The translations under genes and the position numbers were made by a program. The notes under the pieces are model-generated. The model was not told the origin of the DNA, made no database searches, and saw only the letters and a program-made list of their open reading frames with translations. Shown in pieces: positions 50,691-62,112 of a stretch of 64,000 nt of DNA. The stretch is from positions 34,516,931-34,580,930 of the forward strand of contig NC_057721.1 of assembly GCF_004010195.1 (NCBI RefSeq), given 5' to 3'. How positions within the stretch are numbered: the stretch's first letter is position 1; the number at the start of each line of letters is the position of its first letter. This stretch comes from Chiloscyllium plagiosum. Its lineage: Eukaryota.

Positions 50691-51021
50691 GGGGCGGCAC
50701 GGTGGCTCAGTAGTTAGCACTGCTGCCTCACAGCGTCAGGAACCCAGGTTCGATTCCAGCCTCAGGTGACTGTCTGTGTGGAGTTTGCACATTCTCCCCG
50801 TGTCTGTGTGGGTTTCCACTGGATGCTCTGGTTTCCTCCCACAGTCCAAAGATGTGCAGGTCATGTGCAGGTGAATTGGCCATGCTAAATTGCCGATAGT
50901 TTAGGTTATTAGTCAAGGTTAAATGTAGGGGAATGGGTCTGGGTAGTTACTCTTCGGAGGGTCGGTGTGGACTTGTTGGGCTGAAGGGCCTGTTTCCATA
51001 ATGTAGGGATTCTAAATCTAA
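50691..51021 (+). mobile_element. HE1-type V-SINE
   Basis: GGGGCGGCACGGTGGCTCAGTAG...GGTTCGATTCC...V domain...GAAGGGCCTGTTTCC. Confidence 0.92.
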
Positions 51022-51312
51022 AAGGTAGCTTGAGGAAAGCTTTATAGTTCATCAGTGTGAATTTACTAAAACAATGATCCAATTTTTCTGGGATTGGAAA
51101 TGCTGATATCTTTAGTGCTGATCCAGCAGAGTTTGCAGGGTCAATACAGAACAAGGTATTTACACAATGTTTTTGGATACTAGCACCATCAAACATAAAT
51201 AATTCCAGGTACATGCCTATAGTACAGAAATTTCAGTGTCCCACAACTATCTCTGCTCAGGGACCTTATTTTGTTTCCTTTGTTCTCCTAAATGAAATAA
51301 GGTCACGAAAAA

Positions 51313-51477
51313 GTAACAAAACTAGAAATTGCTGGAAAATTTCAGCATGTCTGGCAGCATCTGTGGAGAGAAATCAAAGTTAACATTTCAGGTCCAGTGA
51401 CCCTTCTTGAAAACAGTTCTGCTGAGATTTTTGTTTTTGTTTCTGACTTCGAGCATCCTCCGTTTTGTCAGTTTTTC
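51313..51477. mobile_element. Fold-back PLE stub (family B)
   Basis: AGAAATTGCTGGAAAA..CAGCA..TCTGGCAGCATCTGTGGAGAG...GTCCAGTGACCCTTC with a short inverted arm. Confidence 0.75.
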
Positions 51478-52486
51478 ATGAAAAAGTAGACTTCCACTTG
51501 AGGACTATACTAGATAGCTTGAAGAGAAATTGGGATATTGTGCTTTTTACACTGCCCAATGTCTAGAGTATATCTGGGTGAATTCTAGAATGCAGGAAAT
51601 GTTACTGATTCTCCACTTCGAAAACAAAGGAAAACCTATGTCAGGTGAGAGACTATAACTTCTCATCACCATCTTCTAAAGGTCACGAATCTTTTCAAGG
51701 TCAAATGTTAAAGAAAAGGGGGTCATTCCAACAATCAACTTGCATACAGATACCTCTTGTCACAATAAGTTTTGGAACTTTTGTCATTGGCATTCTGGTG
51801 TACTGCAGTTGCACCAACGGAACAAGATCCCGAGAATATTCGCACCTTTGTGCGTTTTATGATGGTTTGGTAATTTTACCAAATTTGGGGCTGAGGAAAA
51901 ACTTTGCAGAAGCTTCTTGAGGGAAGGAAGGGTTGGAACTGTTTTTCTGCAGGAAATTTGATATACAACTGTATGTTTCCCTGTGTATTATTACTGTGGA
52001 TTTGACAGCTTGCATACAGTAAATGGATTAAGTAATGTTTTAAAATAGAGCAAAAAGTTATTAATCCTATAGATTTGGTACAAGTATCGCTATGAGAAAG
52101 TGAAGTAAGATCCAAGAGAGGACAGATTCTGTAATACTTGAAGAAACAATGAGCTGATGAGTTGAAAGATGTTTTCTCATTCCAAACATTATTCTGTTCA
52201 TTGAGTTGAATGGGTATAAATAATCAGATGTTACACATGAAACATACTGATGTTATCACTTTAGTTATCAATTTACAGTCAAATCTTTGGTCCAGACCTC
52301 CTGATCTTTGCTGTGGTCACAGCAATCCTTTGTTTCCCAACTATCTGATTAACTCATGAATTTTGGCACCCACTTGTCACCAGTGACATAATCCCATCCA
52401 AAGCCAGTAAGAATGATCAGTCAGGGCATCCAACTGAGGCCTGGGAGGTAGAATTTCAAGAGCTTATGCCTCAGAGACTTCAACAG

Positions 52487-52832
52487 TTTTAGCGAGTTTT
52501 GAGAAGATTTGTAGCTCAGGTTGCGGTTCTGGATGTAGGTTTGCTCGTTGGGCTGGAAGGTTCATTTCCAGATGTTTCGTCACCCTACTAGGTAATATCT
52601 TCAGTTGGACTCCAGGCGAAACACTGTTGATAATTCCTGCTTTCTATTTATATGTTTGGGTTTCTTTGGCTTGAAAATGACATCACCAACCCAAAGAAAC
52701 CCAAACATATAAATAGAAAGCAGGAATTATCAACAGTACTTCGCTTGGAGGCCCACTAACGATGTTACTTAATAGGATGACAAAACGTCTGGAAATGAAC
52801 ATTCCAGCTCTACGAGCAAACCTACATCCAGA
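52487..52832. mobile_element. Fold-back PLE stub (family D-related), ~150-bp arms, 10-bp TSD, hammerhead motif on each arm
   Basis: ACTTCAACAG at 52477 and 52833; rc 52568-52606 reads CTGAAGA T ATTACC TAGTAG GGTGAC GAAA CATC TG. Confidence 0.85.
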
Positions 52833-55220
52833 ACTTCAACAGATTGTTACCAGCGTCTCCCACAGCAAACCCTTCCATCACTCCACCCTAACCACCTCTC
52901 CACCCCATCACCAATTCCCTCTCTCAGTTAGAATTGACTTTGAAGTTAGTTATCAGAATTATAAACTGTTTACAGTACAGGTTATTCAGCCCACTGGGTC
53001 CCCACCCAATGCTTTATGCCCTAGCCCTGTATTTTTTTTCTGTCCATGAATAAATATAAGTAAGCAAGTGCATGGAATCCACCACACCCACCCCACTATG
53101 TCAGCTGTCTAAAGATCACCAAAAGAAATCAGATAAACAGCCACTCTATGATTGCTAGTAAATCAGGATGAAACCAACTTGAATAAAACTGTCTCACTGT
53201 GGTTCCAGTAACCACAGCTTACCACTGTGTTGGGCTGACTAGAAGTGTGCATGTATAACAAAACATATTGTACTGAATATTAAATACACTGAATTGAGCA
53301 AGATGTAAATATTGTAAATCAATCACATTATTCAAAATGATTTCAAGTTAACTTTACAGTATTTCAAATTTTAAAAATGACTACCAAGTGTCAGAGGTTT
53401 GTAGTACATTCCTCAGTTTAGGTTTAGCAATGAGATAAACTACCACCTAAAGGAAATTAGGTTACTGAAAATGAATGTATAAAATGTTCTATCACATGTA
53501 ACTTCTGTCTGCAGAATTTCCTGTCAAAGTATGCTGTTTTCCTTTGTGACATTTTGGCATGTGATGCAATCAGATAGGTTATCAAGCCATCGTTGTCATT
53601 CTTCTTTTCTGTGAAAATACAAAGTTTGACTTTCAATTTTTATGCTATACTTGCTATTCACAGACTATTCAATATCACTATATTTCTGCCTCTTACAAAT
53701 AAAACACAAACTAGAACATGATTGGAGTGAAATCACAGCTTCCTTTAATTATAACATTTATCACTGTATTAAAAACGTTGGATATCAGAATTTCAGATGA
53801 TCCTCAACCTCTTCAGAGCAATTTTATCACAAGAACTGGTTTTATCTGACTTTGTTATGAACAGTGTTTGAAGCTAACCTTTGTTACTGCAGCTGTATCA
53901 TAATATTGCTCAGATTATTAGTCAATGGATTATGACAATATCTGAGATAATGCTACATATTTTAACATACAAACATATGGACTAAAAGGTCTTAATTTTC
54001 AACTAGTTTTTCCGGTGTAAAGCTAACATTATACATCTTTCTCCTGTTACAGTACCTCATATTTTTTATCTCCATGGAGAACATTAATTTGTTAATAGCT
54101 TAATTATTATTCTGTCTTAACTAATGGGACAATTTTATTAATTAATTAAGAATACCAAGATAAAAATTTACAATAAAGCTATTTGAGTACTTCCATCAGT
54201 CAACGGAGTGGTCAGAACCTTTTGTAAAACTGGGGCATTACATTTCAGTTTGCACAAAAGTGAAACAAGCTTGCTCAAGGTTGTTTTTTGTTTTAATAAT
54301 CTCCATTTCAGTCTAAGTAATTAAAATGAAACTTTCACAGGGATATAAAGTGGGCACTGGCAAATTTATCTCCTTTTACACAAACCATCACATATTCTCT
54401 CTCATTTTAGTCAATGACCCAGATTTGTGTGGAGGAAACTTCAAAAATAGCAGGCTGGATCCGAATCCAGAATTCCTGCCTCCAATCCCATTTCCCAATT
54501 TTGTTTGACAGTCACTATTCATATGTAATAGTTGTTGGCTCCATTACAAGGTGAGCATTTCAATTCTCATTCAACTTTGATAGAGCCAGAGCCATTCTGT
54601 TAAATACACATATTTCATAGCTGGGGAGCCATTAACCACAAGGGATCACCTATCTTGAGGTGGGAACTAAAGAAAAGACTCTCAACATCCCCTTTATAGA
54701 ACATTGACCTGATTACCTTCTCATAAACCTGTCAATCAAAGCCATTGATTGTATCAATTACAAAAGAAACTTTAATTAATGTCAGGCATATTAAACTTGT
54801 GCGAAGAAACACATCGGTACGAGAAGAACACTTTAAAAAAAGATTATGAGGAGAAATGCTAAAGTCATCAGTCTCCCATGGCAACAATATACAAGTTGTT
54901 TCAATGCCTCTTACAGGACTCAGCTCATTAGTCATTGCTGGATCAAAGCCCAGCATTCATAATTTGACTATTTTGCAGTTGTGTCAATGATGTGAGCTGA
55001 ACAAACTGCCAAATGTTTAATTTTCAGCTTTTTCTGGGCTCTTGGAGGAGCAGTTTATTTTCTAACGGAGAATATTTTCAATGTCTCCTTGCTTGTTATG
55101 GAAGTTTCAATGATATATTAATGAGTTGTCAGACCTGCCAGGAAGTGATTGATTCTGTAAGAAGTGATTATGAAAACATTGGATGCATGTGGGCATGGAA
55201 GCGGTATATTTGCATAGACT

Positions 55221-55640
55221 CATAGAATACAGAAGTAGGCCATTTGGGCCATCATGTCTGTGCCAGTCAGCAAAGATCTGACTACACAAATCCAATTTAC
55301 AAGATTTGGACTATAACCCTGGAGGCTATGAGAGTGCATGTGAATATCTAAACACTGAACCAAGATGCTTTTCACCACTTTTTCAGGCAGACAATTCCAG
55401 CCTCATACAAACCTCTAAGTAAAAAACGATTCTCCTCAAAACCCCTCTTAATCTTCTACATTTTATTTTAATTCTATGCCCGATGGTTATTGAAACCTCT
55501 ATTTATGGGAAAAGTGCCTTTCTATCCATCCTATCTACACCTTCATAATCCTATACATATCCATCAGGTCCCTGTTAACGTTTACTCCTCTAAGATAAAC
55601 AATCTGAGCCTATCCAATCTTTCCTCACTATCTCACTGGC
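55221..55640 (-). mobile_element. CR1 3' end
   Basis: CATAGAATACAGAAGTAGGCCATTTGGGCCATC...CTATCCAATCTTTCCTCA. Confidence 0.8.
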
Positions 55641-55949
55641 CCTCATATTAATAAGCCTTCTAGAAAACTCAACGCAACTGACACTTGGCCAAAAATATAA
55701 GATTCACTTCACAGAAACTTTGTTTTAATGTCTGTGATAAGATCTTTCTTACCTCCATAGAGCTTTGTTTATTTGTTCTGCTTCTGTGTAGTAAACTCTT
55801 GATGTTGAAGAATATCTGCCTTATGTGAATGTTTCACCAGCTAACCACCATGTTAATCGATTTCAAAAATATGAATACATGGTCTATCAAGCCTTTCTGG
55901 GATCTGATTTGTCCAGTATTATAATCAGTTGGGATTATGACTCACAAGA

Positions 55950-56172
55950 AAAAAAACAAAGAACTGCAGATGCTCTGCAAATCAGAAACAAAAATAGAAA
56001 TTGCTTGAAAAGCTCAGCAGATCTGGCAGCATCTGTGAAGAAGAAGCAGAGTTAATATTTCGGGTCCAGTGACCTTCTTCAAAACTGAAGATCACTGGAT
56101 CCAAAACGTTAACCTTACTTTCTGTCCAGAGATGCTGCCAGATTTGCTGAGTTTACCCAGCAATTTCTGTTA
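55950..56172. mobile_element. Fold-back PLE stub (family B)
   Basis: Arms meet at ~56085: GGGTCCAGTGACCTTCTTCAAAA|CTGAAGATCACTGGATCCAAAACGTTAAC. Confidence 0.8.
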
Positions 56173-56469
56173 TCATTTGGGATCATTACACATAAAATAA
56201 TTGCAAATCAATAAATGATAGACATATTTTACCAAACTTGCCTCATTAATTACATATTCTACCCCAATGGTGGCCCTATTGACCAATCTAGCCCTGTCTT
56301 ACCATTAACCATTTCTCAAAATAACATGCCATACAACAGGTATCTACTGAAAAACTGGCACACCGGCACCCATGTTGTACTTAAAAGGCTGTTGTACTTT
56401 CAAGCAAGCACTAACCACAGCTGCCTGGTCCTTTCCCTGACAAATGTAGTATGAATTTACCAGAAACGG

Positions 56470-58000
56470 GAAAGATGATGCAGTAATTCTGTAACAGGGC
56501 CTGGAGATCCCAATGGTGCAGAGAATTACATGTCACCAGATCCTGGCAGCTTGGTCTGAGCTCGAAATCTTTCTCAGAATGGTCTCCATGGGAAGGAGGA
56601 ATGGCCAGCAGTGCCACAAGTAGGTCAATGACCTCCCTGGATGCTGCCTGACCTGCTGCGCTTTTCCAGCAACACATTTCCAGCTCTGATCTCCAGCATC
56701 TGCAGACCTCACTTTCTCCTCAATGACCTCCCTGCTCTACCAGGGTAAATGCCACACTTTTTTTAACTTATACCTCACACTCACTCTGTTACTGATCCAC
56801 CAATGTTCATGCTCTAGCACGCTCACCATTGCCTGTAACATTTTCCCTCACTCACTCTCAACCCCTCCACCACACTATGAACTCTGCACAACCACTCCAC
56901 TGCCTACTCACTGTCTTGCAACACCTTACCACATTTCCACCAACTCTAGCAGAAATTCCATTCACATTCAGCTTGTTCAATTCTCCTCTTTCTCTCCTTC
57001 CAGCAGAAGGTGGCCTGTAGAAAGATAGATAAGGCAAGTACAGATGGAGGGTATCTGACTATCTGAAGAAGACCAGGATTGCACTTGCAAGGATATCGAG
57101 ACCACTGGCTGTAATGTCTTCTTTCTCTTTTGTTTTGCAGGTATGCAGTGGGATGTTCACTGTGCATTGATGTCCAGCTATGTCAGAAGCCACCACCTTG
57201 ATGTTTTAGAGTGAGAATATACTGAAATCTCGGATGAAGCATCAGTAAGGCTGCCTCCTCCACCTTCCACAAGCTCAGATTATGACACCCTGATTGGAAT
57301 GTAAGCCTTTGGAAGAGTGGGAGCATAATCTGGTGAACACCTCTCAGTGACAGCTCCATAGCTTGCTGAGGAAGAAACGTCCCAGGTTTCTGACAATCAG
57401 AGGTCTGCCAGAGACCAGGTACTGTTCAGTCCCAGGCAGGAGAGGTTCCCGTGGTATTGGCAATCAGGGACTTCATCCAAATGGACAGGGAGATACAGGA
57501 GCAGCTTGCAGATATGTTGGAGGCAATGGCCCTTTTTATCCTGAAAAGCTGCAAGACAGCAGCTACATGCATCAACTGCAATCCATCACCCCAGTAATTG
57601 GTTCTCAAGACTGAAGGCATGGCAATAGGGAAACAAGGAAGCTGGCAAATATTCCTGGTGCCCTTTCTTCACAAGGAGATTGGGTGGTACCAGGAGGCAA
57701 CAAATGGAGGAACCAGACACAGATTCCCTAGAAGTCTCCTCTCAGGCTACTTCAGAGTGGCTGGGTACTCCATCTCCATCCTGCCTGCACCCCTCTGACC
57801 TGTGGAAGTTCAAGCCAAGGTGGGTCCACTTGCCTCTGGCAGGACAACTCAGGATGTGATGCACTAATACCCCTGGGGTCACCCAACCAATCCTCCTGAG
57901 TCAACAGGCTGCATTGCAGGAAAGGTTCCCTCCACTCCATCTGCTGAACCTTTCAACACAGTAGGAAGGAGAAAAATAAAGAAACCTATTGAGGACATGT
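56470..58000 (+). mobile_element. PIF/Harbinger relic: three-exon Myb/SANT pseudogene
   Basis: Exon 1 QILAAWSELEIFLRMVSMGRRNGQQCHK*VNDL with donor GTAAAT at ~56744; acceptor at 57003 then QKVACRKIDKASTDGG; acceptor at 57140; basic VGRRKIKK end at ~57961-57984. Confidence 0.7.
56640..56719 (+). mobile_element. 80-bp PLE family A 3' stub with 15-bp TSD, inside the Myb exon
   Basis: GATGCTGCCTGACCTGCTG...CAGACCTCACTTTCTCC flanked by TCAATGACCTCCCTG at 56625 and 56720. Confidence 0.85.
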
Positions 58001-58865
58001 TGGTGGCACAGATGAAATTGCACTGCATATCAAGTCTCATGTTTGTATAAACCTGATTGTTTGACTCATGTGTACCATCATGATGTTTAACTTGGTATCC
58101 ACACAGGATGTACCATGGATCAGTGTCCGTGTTGAGAAAGCCTGCTGCATCATGTGGAAGTATACAGGGCAATGGGTTCTGCTGACACCATTACCCATTC
58201 TGGTCAAACATCCCTATTCTTTCCCTGGCTTCTGTGTATAAAAGTGTTGGTGTGAATGAAGTGGTCAGTAATGTTGGGCAGAGAGGTGTGCAGCACACAG
58301 TGAGCCAATGCAATAGGATTGCCAGGGATGACATACCATTCAGGTTTGAGTCCTGTACACTGCAAAGCTCTGTGTGTATTGTTCTTTCCCTTTAAATGGC
58401 CTCACAGTGAGTCTGGCAACCCCACAGGTCACATGTTTACCCTGAGTGATATCAGAGGCTCACTGTGCTGGGACTGATGGGTGCCTCCCTGGACTTCAGT
58501 GAGGACTACTTTCCTAAGACTTTGATGCAAGCTTGCTTGCTGAACTTTAATGTGTTTGTTGAGTAAGGTGCTAGCACATCGTACAAGTATGAGAATGACT
58601 TAGCAGGGAACCATACAGCATGAAGTACACTCCCTTAACTGAAGACTGCTTACTAATAAGTTAAGCTGCCTGTCTGTATGACTGCACTAACATGTATGGT
58701 ATGGCATGGCAAGGCATCAAGGTGGCAATCTTCCAGGTAGATACTAAGTCAGTGAGCGCAATGAGAGCAGGCGAGTGGATCTGAACTGCAGTCTGGTCCA
58801 AGCAATGAGCTGAGTCTTTGTCCATGCACACAAAATGCCCTTGTAACAGATGGTAAAATTACAGG

Positions 58866-60920
58866 GAACATAGAAACTCCTAGAAAGTGTTTCTATAAAT
58901 ATGTGAAAGAAAATATACAGGAGGCCTGGTTAGTGAGTTTGCAAATGATACCAAAATAGGGGGCGTAGTGGCCAGGGAAGAGGATTACCCCAGAGTACAA
59001 TGGGATCTGGATCAGATGGGCCAATGGGCAGAGGAGTGGCAGATGGAGTTTAATTTAGATAAATGCGATGTGCTGCATTTTGGAAAGGCAAATAAGGACA
59101 GGATGTATGCAGTTAATGTCATGCACCTGGGGAGCAACGACAAACAAAGAGGCCCAGGGTGCAGGTGCATAATTCCTTGAAAGTGGAGTTGCAGGTGTAT
59201 AGGGTGGTGAGGAAGTCATTTGGCATGTTGGTCAGAACAATGAGTATAGGAGTTGGAATTTCATGTTGCGGCTGTACAGGACATTGGTAAGGCCACGTTT
59301 AGAATACTGCATCGAATTCTGGTCACCTTTATATAGGAAAGATGTTAAACTTGAGGTGTAGAAGAGATTTCAAAGGATTTCATTGGGATTGGAGGGTTTG
59401 AGCTATAGGGAGAGATTGAATAGGCTGGGACATTTTTCCCTGGAGCATCAGAGGCTGAAGGGTGACCTTACAGGGATTTATAAAATCATAAGGAGAATGG
59501 ATAGGGTGAATAGTCAAGGTCTTTTTCCTAAGGTGTGGCAGTTCAAAACTAAAGGGCACAGGTTTAAGGTTAGAGGGGAAAGCTTTAAAAGGACCTGAGG
59601 GGGATCTTTTCACGCAGAGGGTGATGTGTGTATGGAGCGAGCTACCAGAGGAAGCGGTGAATGTGGGAAAATTACAACATTTAAAAGCAAATGGATGAGT
59701 ATATGAACAGGAAGGGTTTAGAGGGATATGGGCCAAATGCTGGCAAATGAGACTAGGTGAGATTGGGATGTCTGGTTGACTGAGTTGGATGCAAGGATCT
59801 GTTTCCATGCTGGATAACTCTATAACTCTATTAGTAAAGAAAAAAATGTAAGTCCTTTACAGTCAGAAACTTGAGAAATTATAATGGAGGAAACAAACAA
59901 ATGGTGGAAACAAACTCACACTTTGGTTCAATCTTCACAAAACAGGAAAAACTTACCGCAGGAAACCATTGGTAATATGAGAGGGCTGAATTAAAGGCAA
60001 TCAGTATCAGTAAGAAAATAGTGCTGGAGAAATTAATGAGATTAAAGGCTGACAAACTACCAGGGTCTGATCATTTACAATCTAGAGCATGAAAGAGAGT
60101 GGCCCTGGGAATATTGGATGCATTGGTGGTTATCTTCCAGAATTCTTTAGATTATGGAGGTGTTCCTCCAGACTGGAGCATTGTAAATGTAACCCCACTA
60201 TTCAAAAAGGAGAGAAAGAAATATCAGAGATTGCAGAATTGTTAGCCAAACATCAGTAGTGGAGAAAACGCTGGAGTCTATTATAAAAGACGTGATAACA
60301 GAACATTTGGAAAACATTACAGGATTGAACAAAGCCAGCCTACCTGAGTTTTTTGAAGAAATAACTAGTAGAATAGATAAGGAAGAACCAGTGGATGTGG
60401 TATATTGGATTTTCAGAAGATTTTTGATAAGGTCCCTCATAAGAGTGGGCAAAGTTAAAGCATTATGTATATGGGTGTTAAATTGGCTTGGATTGAGAAT
60501 TGGGTGTCAATCAGGAAATAGAAAGGGAATTTTGTTTCTAAGCAGCCGGCAGAGACTAGTAGGGTACCTCAATGTTCAGTTCTTGGGCCTTAGCTATTTA
60601 TAATTTATATAAATGACTTAGCTGAGGGAATAAAGTACAATATTTCCATATTTGCTGACAACAGAAAATTGGGTGGCATTATGAATTATGAGGTGGATTC
60701 AAGGAAGGATACAAAATGATTTCGGGAAGGTGAGTGAATGGGGAAACACATGGCAGATACAGTACAATGTGGCTAAATGTGAAACTATACACTTCATGTG
60801 AAAAAAATGAATGTCAGACTAATTTCAAAATGGTGCTGTATTGGGAACTGTGAAGGTACAAAGGTACCTGGGTGTCTTTGTACTCCAATCAATGAGCATA
60901 GAAAGGTAGATGCAGCAAGC
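58866..60920 (+). mobile_element. Older CR1 ORF2 fragment hosting a younger CR1
   Basis: KCFYKYVK at ~58885, resuming at 59831; ORF 60259 reads KTLESIIKDVITEHLE...EFFEEITSRIDKEEPVDVVY. Confidence 0.8.
58920..59830 (+). mobile_element. CR1/HER1-type LINE 3' part
   Basis: FANDTKIGG, QWAEEWQMEFNLDKCDVLHFG, LSYRERLNRLG; tail ACTCTATAACTCTA. Confidence 0.9.
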
Positions 60921-62112
60921 ACCTTCACCTAGCCTGTCTCTGACTTGTCCCTTCCCTTCTTTAACACATGTATTCCATTTCTGGGGATTGGCTGTCTATC
61001 AATATCCCTGACAAACTCAGCAATTTGACTACTTTTCCTTATCTCAAGCTTTCTGTGTGTCCATCATTCCATTTTCCCTGTTTCTCTGTCTCCATCGCAT
61101 CTGTGCCTCTGATATGTCCTCCTTTTCTCTCAACCAAAACTTCTCCTCAGATGTACTTGAGATGATCATCAGCCATGTCTGAACCGTTTCCTGCAGTTCT
61201 GTCTTCATTTCATGTCCTCTTTCTCAGAAGAAGGATTCCCTTTGTCCTTACTTTCCACACCATCAGCTACTGCATTCAGAGGATCATCCTCCATCATTTC
61301 TTTTGCCTCCAGCAAGATGTTTCCACTAAACACATTTATCCTTCCCCTTCTTTGTCATCATTCCACTGGAACTGTTCCTTCGATGACACCAAGGACCACT
61401 CCACTGACACTCAATATCTCCTCATACCTGCATGGCAGCTTCCCATGCAATTGCAAAAGCTGTATCCTTCCACCCACCTTGACCATTACATTCTCCTTCC
61501 TCGCTGTCCAAGACCAAAAATATACCTTCCAGAAAAACAACGATTTAATTGCACATCTTTCAATTTAGTCTGCTGTATTCAATGCTCACAACACAGTCTC
61601 CTTTCCATTAGTGAGGCCAAACTCAGACTGTGTGACTGCTTTGTGTTCATTGTTCTGTTTACTTCTGCTAGGTCATAAGAATGACCCTGACTTTCCATTT
61701 CAATACACCATTTTACTTCTGTCCAAGGTCTGCTGCAGTATTCCAGTGAAACCATATGCAAGCTGAAGAAATAGTAGTTCATTTTCCATTTAGGTACTTT
61801 ACAGCCTTCAGGGTTCAAAGTTAAGTTTAAGAACTTCAGGCGATAAACACTGTCTTCTGTCTTGAATACAGCCCTCCCCCATGTCTTGTTCCCAACAGAA
61901 TTGACTCATTTTCTACTATTTGCATCTACAATTTACATCTGTTCTACATCTATATTGTTCGTCTACTATCATTAGCATTTCCTTTGTCTTTTGCTCTGGG
62001 CATCCTCACCATATGTTCCACTTACTACTATGCTCCCAAAAAAATCATTTTCCAGGTCTTTGCAGTTTTGAATAAGGGTCATACCAGGCTTGAACCATTA
62101 ACTCTGTTTCTC
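60921..62112 (+). mobile_element. Decayed Penelope-like element ending in a family B terminus
   Basis: RRIPFVLTFH...IQRIILHHF, HGSFPCNCKSC, FNCTSFNLVCCIQCSQHSLLSISE (GIY-YIG); end GAATAAGGGTCAT...GGCTTGAACCATTAACTCTGTTTCTCT. Confidence 0.8.
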
